Below, piece by piece: positions 8,619 through 16,145 of a DNA stretch of 24,030 nt. Position numbers and translations under genes: made by a program. How positions within the stretch are numbered: position 1 is the first letter of the stretch; each line of letters begins with the position of its first letter. A model generated the notes under the pieces. That model was not told the origin of the DNA. It searched no databases and worked only from the letters and a program-made list of their open reading frames with translations. The DNA is from Gemmatimonadota bacterium (GTDB lineage: Bacteria > Latescibacterota > UBA2968 > UBA8231): assembly GCA_038153405.1 (NCBI GenBank), contig JAYOYH010000056.1:4385-28414 (forward strand), given 5' to 3'.

Positions 8619-10061
8619 CTAGCGTTTTTCTATCGGGTATTCGCGGTATTCGTCGCCCAGCGTCCAGCGCACGGTGTAGTCACCGGGCTCGAGGCTTTCG
8701 TCGCGCCAGTCCAGCCAAAACAGGCCCTGCAGTCCGTCTTCGCCGCCCGAGATCGATCCGTCGTAGAGCACCGTTACAACGGCGCCATGGCCTCCGCGCA
8801 GATCAATGCGCAGCGCGCCGTCGCGCCCGGCTTTGCAGACTAGCAGCACGGAGTCGTCGGGTGCGCTGGCGCGCGGCAGGGCGGCCACCATCGTCAGATG
8901 CGTTGAAGGCGGCAGTGCGCGCTCGGCGCTCGGGCCGTCTTGGGCGTAGCGCCGGGTAAAGCTAGTGGGACTCTGTCCCGCTCCGTCGCGTCCTTGCAGC
9001 AGGCGCACGCGCGCGTCGAAATCGCCCAGCGCCGACCACAGCACGCCGGCGCGCCCTTCCGGCTGCGGTGCCCACGGACCGCCCAAACCGGCGTTGCGCC
9101 AGCGCGGTGCCTGGAGGTCGCCATTCCACATATGCTCGATATTCGTGTGAATTATGCGCTCGATGTCCTGGCGCGTGAAGACCACGCCGGTGTGATAGGC
9201 TTCGACGACAGAGGCCACTTCGCGGCTCTGGTAGTTGCGGGTTGGGTGCACGTTGACCCAGTGGCGGATGCGCTGCTGCTCGACGTCGATATCCCAGCGG
9301 CCAAGCGGCTCCCAGTAGTTCCACACATAGCCATCTTCAAATAGGCGCCACCGCGCGTTGAACAGCTCGAAGATTTTTTCAGCGCGCGTTCGGTGCGCCG
9401 CGTTGCCGGTGATGCGAAATAGGCGCAGCGCCGCAATGCCCATGTCCATCTGCTTGTTGAAGGGCAGACTCAGGCCCGATTTATCGCCGGGCAGGGCGCG
9501 CCAAGCGCTCAGGTCACCGGGGAGCAGGTAGCGATCCCAGGACGCGTAGGCGCCCTGCGGCCCGTCGTCGCGCCAGGTGCCGCGCGCGTCCCACTTCTCC
9601 ATTAAATCGCGCTCGGCCAGCGCAACGTAGGCGCGCGCGCGCGCGCCGTGCGTCGCTTCGAGGCGCTCATCGCCTAAAACGACTTCGGCAAAGCGCAGCA
9701 TGGGATTGATGAGAATGGCGTCGCCCACGTGCACGTCGGCCCAGAACTGTCCGTCGTAGATGTAGGGACCGATAAAGCCGCGATAGCCGTCGGGCCCAGT
9801 TGTCATCAGCGATGTGAGCCAGTCGAAGTAGCGCGCGCCCTCATCGAGCCAAGCTGCGTCGCCATAGGTGTGGTAGCCCTCGACAAAGCTGTCGGCAGCG
9901 TAGGCCGCGTGCCAGCAAAACGCCTCGCCGGTGACTTGACCCTCTACGGCCAAGTTGCGGTTGGCCATAACGCGCGCTGCGTGCGCGGCCGGGTCGGACG
10001 CTTGTTGTGCCTGTAGGTCGGACAGGTGCAGCATGGTGAGTGCAATGAGTAGAATGGGCAT
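8619..10061 (-). CDS. Secreted hypothetical protein (putative helical toroid plus C-terminal beta domain)
   Basis: 480-aa ORF with signal-like N-terminus (MPILLIALTMLHLSDLQA). Trp/Tyr-rich, with repeated helix-end motifs (YHTYGDAAWLD, LFRITGNAAHR). Confidence 0.75.
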   Translation of the reverse strand: MPILLIALTMLHLSDLQAQQASDPAAHAARVMANRNLAVEGQVTGEAFCWHAAYAADSFVEGYHTYGDAAWLDEGARYFDWLTSLMTTGPDGYRGFIGPYIYDGQFWADVHVGDAILINPMLRFAEVVLGDERLEATHGARARAYVALAERDLMEKWDARGTWRDDGPQGAYASWDRYLLPGDLSAWRALPGDKSGLSLPFNKQMDMGIAALRLFRITGNAAHRTRAEKIFELFNARWRLFEDGYVWNYWEPLGRWDIDVEQQRIRHWVNVHPTRNYQSREVASVVEAYHTGVVFTRQDIERIIHTNIEHMWNGDLQAPRWRNAGLGGPWAPQPEGRAGVLWSALGDFDARVRLLQGRDGAGQSPTSFTRRYAQDGPSAERALPPSTHLTMVAALPRASAPDDSVLLVCKAGRDGALRIDLRGGHGAVVTVLYDGSISGGEDGLQGLFWLDWRDESLEPGDYTVRWTLGDEYREYPIEKR

Positions 10062-10096
10062 GGAAGTGGGCAGCCCGGCACCTAGCCGCCGCGCCG

Positions 10097-10873
10097 CTAG
10101 TCGTTCGTCAGCAGGTACGCGTTATCGGCCGGCGTAAAGCCGTAGGGATTGCGCCAGTCGAAGACGGGACGTTGGCCTTCGTCGTGGTTGTCCGACACGC
10201 CGTAGGCCGTGTAGAAATTGGGCGCATCGTCCCCGCACTCAATAAAGGCGCGCAGCAGACCGGCGCAGTCGCGGTGGCTATCCCACACGCCGTCTTGCCG
10301 ATAGGGGCGGTTGCTGCGGCCGACGCCGCCGAGGCGCACGACGAGAATTTTCTGACCTTCCTTCAACTGCTTGGCGTAGTACTGGCCGGCGATCTCCATC
10401 CAGCGCTTGCTGATCCCGTATAGGCTCGTCGAGCCCACGCCAAAGGGGTCGCGCCGCGTGTCCGGCGTATTGGGAATGGACTCATCTTTGTCGTAGCCAT
10501 CGCCTAAAAAGTCGAAGGAGTGCACGGAACTGGTCATGTAAATGCGCGGTATTTTTTCGGCAATGGCCACGCGGTAAACGCAGTCGGTGACGGCGATATT
10601 GAGGGGGTCTAGCCCGCCCTGCCAGTTTTCATCGCGCGTGTTCCAGCCCAAGTGCACAATGGCATCTCGACCGCGCACGGCGTCGGCTACCTGCGCTTGT
10701 ACTGCTTCGGTATAGGCGTCGAGCTGCTCTTTCCAAGACGTGGGCTTGTCTCGTTCGAGAATTTCTTCCATGCGCACGATGCTGATGCCCGAAATCTCGT
10801 ATTCGTCGCCCAATTCCTGTCTCATCACGTGTGCTACGGTGCCCGTAGTGCCGGTGAGTAGGACTTTTTTCAT
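10097..10873 (-). CDS. NAD(P)-dependent epimerase/dehydratase family SDR (uronate dehydrogenase-like)
   Basis: MKKVLLTGTTGTVA, DAIVHLG, TSSVH, LYGISK (YxxxK), VRLG, W.SHRD, YGVSDN, GFTPADNA. Start reassigned to ATG 10873, where the Rossmann fold begins. Confidence 0.85.
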   Translation of the reverse strand: MKKVLLTGTTGTVAHVMRQELGDEYEISGISIVRMEEILERDKPTSWKEQLDAYTEAVQAQVADAVRGRDAIVHLGWNTRDENWQGGLDPLNIAVTDCVYRVAIAEKIPRIYMTSSVHSFDFLGDGYDKDESIPNTPDTRRDPFGVGSTSLYGISKRWMEIAGQYYAKQLKEGQKILVVRLGGVGRSNRPYRQDGVWDSHRDCAGLLRAFIECGDDAPNFYTAYGVSDNHDEGQRPVFDWRNPYGFTPADNAYLLTND

Positions 10874-10965
10874 CGCCCTACCTGCTTTCCGTTTGGAGTA
10901 TTTGTCAACGGCGTGGAAAATAACATTTGCTGCAGAGGACGGCAATGTGATCCGTCAGCGCGGTG

Positions 10966-12939
10966 CTACTTGAGTAGGACCAGCGTTTTGGCCCATTCGC
11001 CGTCGCTGTTAGAAAGCCGGTAGATGTAGGCACCGCTGGCCACGGGCACGCCCGCGTCGCTGCGCCCGTCCCAGCGCGCCGCGTGCAGTCCCACGCCTAG
11101 CCTTCCGCGCCATAGCGTGGCCAGGCGCTGGCCGAGCAGATCGTAAATGGCCAGATCCACCTCGCCATAGCGTTCGACGGCGTAGTGAATGAGGGTGCTC
11201 CCGTTAAAAGGGTTGGGGTAGTTCTGCCACAGCACCGCGCGCTGCGGAACGGCGTCGGTCGCGCCGACGGCCGTTGTGGGGTCACCGAGCATATCGGCGA
11301 TGAGGCGTCCGCTGACAACGTGTGCCTCACCGGCGTTGTTGCGGTCGTTATCGGGCCCATCGCCGGCCATGCCGTTGGGCATGACGTCGATATAGCCATC
11401 GCCGTCCATGTCGCCGCTGGCCGCCCAATAGGCCGAGTAGTCGGCCGGATCGGGTGCTTGGATCCAAACGATGGGCACGCTGGGTGCGGCCAGATCGATG
11501 ACGCCGGGTAGCTCCGGTCCGCCGGCAATGACGACGATACCGCCGGAGGCGCGCCGATTGAGCGGCCCACGATCGCCGGGCACGCCGATAAAAAGGTCGT
11601 CGTAGCCATCGCCGTTTACGTCGCCGGCCGCCAGCGCATCGCCGCTGATGGCCCGGTCGCTGGCGCCGTAGATAATGGTGGTGCCGACCGGTGGCTGTGC
11701 CATATCCAGCACCTGGCCGCGCCGGTCGCTGGCGCCGTACACAACGTAGGTGTCACCCGCATCCGGACGGCTGTTGTCGGGTCCGTCGGCGCGATAGGCA
11801 CCCAGCATGAGATCATCAAATCCATCGCCGTTGATATCGGCCGCGACGATTTCCTCGCCCATGCGGTCGGGCGAAGAGCCGCCGCCGTCGGCACCGTATA
11901 TCGTCATCCCGTCATCGGCCCTGCGCAGATCGACGACGGCCGGCCGTTCTGCGCGGCCGAAAAACACGTAGACGTCGCCGGCATCCGGACGGCTGTTGTC
12001 GGGCCCGTCACCGGCACCACCGACCCGGTCATAGGCATTGCGCAGCGTGCCCAGCGCCGCAGCGCCCATGGCGACATCATCGCGTCCGTCGCCGTCGACG
12101 TCACCGACGCCTAGCGAGGAGCCGAGGTGGTCCATGGCGTCGACGCCGTAGATCACCGTCATGGGATGTTGGCTGGTGGCTAGGTCGATTGTCCCGTTTA
12201 GGTCGAGCGGCCCGTACAGCACGTAGACGCGTCCGGCCTCGTCGCCTGGGCTATCCCATCCGCTGGCTTGATCGGCACCGATGACGGCATCCTGAACGCC
12301 GTCGCCGTCGATATCGCCGGCGGCTACCCACACGCCCAGACGACTGCGCGGTTCTGGGCCGATTACGCCTAGGATGCCCGGCGGCCATGCGCGCGCCAAA
12401 TCGATAGTGCGCGTTCCCTCTAGCCGATCGGTCAGCAGGTGGCCCGACAGGATGTAGAGCTTGCCGGCGTCTGTTCGATCGCCGGCGTTGGCGTAAAACG
12501 AGCCAACGAGCAGGTCGTTGCGCCCATCGCCGTCGAGATCGGCCACTTCTGTCTTGATACCGAAGATCGCGCGTTCTTCCTGTCCATATACCGTGACGAC
12601 GTTGTCGTGCGCTTGGCGCAGATCGATGCGCCCACCGATGAAGCCAGGACTAAAGTAGACGGCCACTTCGCCGGCGTTGGGGCGCAGCGGTCCAGGCGGT
12701 CCGTCGCCGGCCATCGCCGAGATAACCAAGTCGTCGTATCCGTCGCCGTTGAGGTCGCCTGCTCGCACCGGCGTGCCAAACTCGGCGTCATCGCTGTCCG
12801 GGTTGTAGACGGTGAGCTGTCCGGGGCGCGTGCCGCCGAGGTCCCATACGCGAACGAGAGCACTCTCTTGCGCGCAAAGCGGGAGAGCGAAGAAGACGAG
12901 TGCGCAAAGCAGGGAGAACATGGCCAAAGAGCGGCTCAC
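10966..12939 (-). CDS. Secreted FG-GAP (integrin-alpha-like) beta-propeller protein with C-terminal FlgD-Ig/T9SS-type domain
   Basis: Seven D-x-[DN]-G-D-G repeats. C-terminal QNYPNPFN...IYDLLGQ...WDGRSDAG..VASGAYIYRL...KTLVLLK. Start reassigned to GTG 12939, which overlaps the yajQ TGA and gives the signal peptide MSRSLAMFSLLCALVFFALPLCA; ATG 12921 is an alternative. Confidence 0.9.
   Translation of the reverse strand: MSRSLAMFSLLCALVFFALPLCAQESALVRVWDLGGTRPGQLTVYNPDSDDAEFGTPVRAGDLNGDGYDDLVISAMAGDGPPGPLRPNAGEVAVYFSPGFIGGRIDLRQAHDNVVTVYGQEERAIFGIKTEVADLDGDGRNDLLVGSFYANAGDRTDAGKLYILSGHLLTDRLEGTRTIDLARAWPPGILGVIGPEPRSRLGVWVAAGDIDGDGVQDAVIGADQASGWDSPGDEAGRVYVLYGPLDLNGTIDLATSQHPMTVIYGVDAMDHLGSSLGVGDVDGDGRDDVAMGAAALGTLRNAYDRVGGAGDGPDNSRPDAGDVYVFFGRAERPAVVDLRRADDGMTIYGADGGGSSPDRMGEEIVAADINGDGFDDLMLGAYRADGPDNSRPDAGDTYVVYGASDRRGQVLDMAQPPVGTTIIYGASDRAISGDALAAGDVNGDGYDDLFIGVPGDRGPLNRRASGGIVVIAGGPELPGVIDLAAPSVPIVWIQAPDPADYSAYWAASGDMDGDGYIDVMPNGMAGDGPDNDRNNAGEAHVVSGRLIADMLGDPTTAVGATDAVPQRAVLWQNYPNPFNGSTLIHYAVERYGEVDLAIYDLLGQRLATLWRGRLGVGLHAARWDGRSDAGVPVASGAYIYRLSNSDGEWAKTLVLLK
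11759..12003. repeat. Intragenic 23-bp exact direct repeat (11759-11781 and 11981-12003) in adjacent propeller blades
   Basis: gcatccggacggctgttgtcggg occurs twice; both copies lie within DGPDNSRPDAGD. Confidence 0.9.
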
Positions 12940-13427
12940 TTTTTCATGTTGGTGAACTGCAGGGGAATGCCAAAGTTTTCCTTTTTGAGCTCGGCAATAA
13001 CGGTCTGTAAGTCGTCGATTTGCTTGCCGGTAACGCGGACCTGATCCTCCTGAATGGCCGGTTGCACTTTGATCTTCATACCTTTGATCTGCTTGACGAT
13101 TTTCTGAGCGATCTCGCGCGAAATACCCTCCTGCAGTGTGGCGTTGCACTTAACCTGCCCCTGCGAGGTGCCCTCGTTATGGCCAAAATCAATGCATTTG
13201 GGATCGACTTGGCGTTTGATAAAGTGGTTTATCAGCATGTCTTTTAGCGCTTCCATCTTCATGTCGTCACCGGTCTGAAGCGAGATGTACTTTTCTTTGC
13301 GATTGAACTCGACTTCAGTGCGCGTCTGGCGAAAGTCGTACCGGGTAGTCACCTCGCGCTTGGTGTTGTTTACGGCGTTGTCGACCTCCTGTAAGTCGAC
13401 TTCGTTAACTACGTCAAATGCCGGCAT
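12936..13427 (-). CDS. yajQ: YajQ family nucleotide/c-di-GMP-binding protein
   Basis: 163 aa; MPAFDVVNEVDLQEVDNAVN, RYDF, LQEGI..E.A.KIVK.IK..K.KVQ..IQ.DQVRVTGK..DDLQ, PLQFTN. AGGAGG RBS upstream. Confidence 0.96.
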   Translation of the reverse strand: MPAFDVVNEVDLQEVDNAVNNTKREVTTRYDFRQTRTEVEFNRKEKYISLQTGDDMKMEALKDMLINHFIKRQVDPKCIDFGHNEGTSQGQVKCNATLQEGISREIAQKIVKQIKGMKIKVQPAIQEDQVRVTGKQIDDLQTVIAELKKENFGIPLQFTNMKK

Positions 13428-13440
13428 ACAGCCTCCTGTG

Positions 13441-14784
13441 TTATGGTCGCACGCGCGCTAGCGCGTCGACGATGCTTTTTTCAATAAGCGCACACATCTC
13501 ATCTATTTCTTCTTCGCTGATGGTAAGGGCCGGGGCGACGGCAAACCAGTTGGGATCAATGCGCATGACCAGGCCATTTTCCAGCGCCGTTTTCTTGAGC
13601 ATCTGGCCCAGTTCGGGAAAGGGCTCCATCGTCTCCGCATCGCGCACTAGCTCGACGCCGAGCAGCAGGCCGCGGCCGCGCACTTCGCGCACTACGCCGT
13701 GCTGCTTCAAGCCCTCCAGCTTGGTGCGCAAATAGTCGCCGCGCACCCGCGCCCGAGTACACAGATCGCTGGCCTCTACCTCGTCGAGCACGGCTATGCC
13801 TACTGCACAGGCCAGCGGATTGCCGGCATAGGTGTGTCCGTGTGCGAAGTTGCGCGCCTCTTCCGGTGCGCCGCGAAAGGCCTCGGCCATGCCCTCGCGC
13901 GCCATCAGCGCACCCAGCGGCATGGCGCCGCTAGACAGCGCCTTGCCGCCGCAGATAATGTCCGGCGTTGCACCAAAAGTTTGCGCGGCAAACATTGATC
14001 CCGTGCGGCCGTAGCCGGTGATGATCTCGTCGTAAATCAGCAATACATCGTGACGGTTGCAAATATCGCGCAGGATGTGAAAATATTCTTCCGTTGGTGT
14101 GACGATGCCGCCGGTATTGCCGATGGGCTCGACGATAAGGCCAGCTACGGTGTCTGGATCTTCGTTGACGATGACGTCTTCAAAGAGCTGAGCGCAAAAG
14201 CGGTTGCATTCTTCCCAAGAGGAGAAGCGGTCGCGATAATAGGTCGGCGGAAAGACCTTGAGAAAGCCAGGCATATGCGGCTCAAAGGGCGTTTTGCGCT
14301 TGCCGGTGCCGCTGGCGGCCATGGCGCCGTAGGTGCCGCCGTGGTAGCCGTGGTAGCGGCTGACGAATTTGTACTTGCCGGGTCGACCGCTCTGCTTGAA
14401 GTACTGGCGCGCAAACTTGAGCGCCGCCTCGATAGACTCCGAACCGCCGCTAAAGGATTTGACGAAGTTGAGGTCTTCCGGCGTAACCTGGCCGAGCCGT
14501 TCGACAAAGTCGAGCGCAACGTCGGCGGTGCCGTGCATGGGGGGCGCAAAGCTCAGCACATCGAGCTGTTTGTGCAGCGCCTCGACTACGCGCGGATGGC
14601 GGTGGCCTAAAATGGCGACGAAAATGCCGCCGATGGCGTCGAAATAGCGCTTGCCGTCGGTATCCCAATAGTATAGGCCCTCCGCGCGCTGCACGATCAG
14701 CGGGTTGTCGAGAAAGGCCTCGGTTGGCTGATAGTCGAGGAACGTGCGCTGCAAAAGCGCGTGCTGGCGTGGGCTGATGTTCAT
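13441..14784 (-). CDS. Class III PLP-dependent aminotransferase (omega-amine type)
   Basis: D.DGKRYFD, GGSESIEAALK, YHGGT, IVEPI, YDEIITGYGRTG, GKALSSG (PLP lysine), HGHTYAGNP, VRGRGL. Confidence 0.95.
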   Translation of the reverse strand: MNISPRQHALLQRTFLDYQPTEAFLDNPLIVQRAEGLYYWDTDGKRYFDAIGGIFVAILGHRHPRVVEALHKQLDVLSFAPPMHGTADVALDFVERLGQVTPEDLNFVKSFSGGSESIEAALKFARQYFKQSGRPGKYKFVSRYHGYHGGTYGAMAASGTGKRKTPFEPHMPGFLKVFPPTYYRDRFSSWEECNRFCAQLFEDVIVNEDPDTVAGLIVEPIGNTGGIVTPTEEYFHILRDICNRHDVLLIYDEIITGYGRTGSMFAAQTFGATPDIICGGKALSSGAMPLGALMAREGMAEAFRGAPEEARNFAHGHTYAGNPLACAVGIAVLDEVEASDLCTRARVRGDYLRTKLEGLKQHGVVREVRGRGLLLGVELVRDAETMEPFPELGQMLKKTALENGLVMRIDPNWFAVAPALTISEEEIDEMCALIEKSIVDALARVRP

Positions 14785-14933
14785 AGTGCACCTAGCTGGA
14801 ATAAGTATGGGTCCGTCGGTATAGGCGTGGCCCGCATGCCGTGGATGCGGTGTGCGCGATTGCGTATGTTGTAGGCGCAGTCGCAGAAATGAATGTGCAC
14901 GCCAGACGTGGTATTTAGTATAAGGAGATCTGT

Positions 14934-15770
14934 ATGGCAGAGGAACAGCGGCACTTGGCTGGCAAGGTCGCCTGGGTGACCGGATCGTCGCGCGGTATTG
15001 GCCGCGTCATTGCAACGCACTTGGCCCAGCAGGGTGCGGCCGTGGCTATCCACGGTACGACGACCACGTCGACGCAAGCCTTTGGCGAGGGCCACTCGCT
15101 GGAAGAGGTTGCCGCCGAGGTTGCCGCCGCCAGCGGGGCGCGCGTCTTGCCGGTGCACGGCGATTTGACGGACGCTGACGTCGTCGATGCGCTCGTCGAG
15201 CGCATTCGCCAAGAGCTGGGCCCCATCGATATATTGGTCAACTGCGCCGGGGGCGATATCGGCGCGGCCGGCACCGGCGCGCCCATGGCCGGCAAGCCGC
15301 CGCAGAACAACGCCGTTTTTATCGCGCTGGAAGACATCCGCACGGTGCTGGACCGCAACCTGATGACCTGTATTTTATGCAGCCGCGCCATCGCACCCGA
15401 TATGATGGAACGCAAGGCTGGCCACATCGTCAGCATCGGCAGCGTCGCCGGCCTATTTGGCACGGAAAACTCGGCCATCTACGCCACGGCCAAAGCGGCC
15501 GTGCACGAGTACACGCGCTGCTTGGCCGAGATGCTGCGCCCGCACAATGTGACAGCGAACGTCATTGCGCCCGGCGATATCCAGACGCCGCGCTTTCTGG
15601 CCAGCCGAGTGATCGACGAGGGTATGCAGCAGGACGGCGGCACGCTGGTGCGCTACGGACAGTCGATCGAGATTGCCCGCGCCGTGGAGTTTCTCGTCTC
15701 GGATAAAAATACCTATATCACGGGCCAGGTGCTGCGCGTGGACGGCGGCAAGCAAATTTGGCCGTCGTAG
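14934..15770 (+). CDS. Short-chain dehydrogenase/reductase
   Basis: VTGSSRGIG, ILVNCAG, SIGS, YATAK, NVIAPG, YITGQVLRVDGG. AAGGAG RBS. Confidence 0.95.
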   Translation: MAEEQRHLAGKVAWVTGSSRGIGRVIATHLAQQGAAVAIHGTTTTSTQAFGEGHSLEEVAAEVAAASGARVLPVHGDLTDADVVDALVERIRQELGPIDILVNCAGGDIGAAGTGAPMAGKPPQNNAVFIALEDIRTVLDRNLMTCILCSRAIAPDMMERKAGHIVSIGSVAGLFGTENSAIYATAKAAVHEYTRCLAEMLRPHNVTANVIAPGDIQTPRFLASRVIDEGMQQDGGTLVRYGQSIEIARAVEFLVSDKNTYITGQVLRVDGGKQIWPS

Positions 15771-15810
15771 GATATAATTTGTACACGAGCTAGGCTCACG
15801 GGAGAACGCT

Positions 15811-16125
15811 ATGAAGCCGCAGGCCATTCGCGACAGCCTGGCCTTCTTCCGCGAAGATCGCATAGAGGTGCCCGAAAAGCTGGGCGACAACTCGCTGTGG
15901 ATTTCGGTCAGCCCGATATCGGGCCCCGTCGCCCACAATGCGGGCCGCGTGCGCAACGACAAGACCGGTGCGGAGGTGCGTTTTGTGGGCGATGCGCCGA
16001 TCGTCAAATACAACTTCTGGTCGGTGGAGACGGCGGCCTGTCCCGAGCCGTTTATCGCCCCCCAACTGGAACCGGGACAGGCTCAGGAATGGACGTGGGC
16101 CTACACGCTATCGGTAGACGAATAA
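15811..16125 (+). CDS. Hypothetical protein, 104 aa; probably a C-terminal remnant of a galactose-mutarotase-like family protein
   Basis: GGAGA before the ATG. N.KTGA.VR..GD.P.....FWS.....CPEPFI...LEPG....W...Y resembles the end of aldose-1-epimerase-fold proteins. An in-frame TAA at 15775 blocks upstream extension. Confidence 0.6.
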   Translation: MKPQAIRDSLAFFREDRIEVPEKLGDNSLWISVSPISGPVAHNAGRVRNDKTGAEVRFVGDAPIVKYNFWSVETAACPEPFIAPQLEPGQAQEWTWAYTLSVDE

Positions 16126-16145
16126 CCATAGCGCGGGAGAGTGAT

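Noticed and set aside
12940..13149. N-terminal extension of the 727-aa FG-GAP ORF
   Set aside because: It overlaps yajQ in another frame, and the signal peptide only begins at 12939/12921.
15897..16145. N-terminal extension of the UxuA ORF, possibly suggesting a frameshift fusion
   Set aside because: Non-protein-like G-rich translation overlapping the 15811-16125 ORF; there is a good RBS at ATG 16146.
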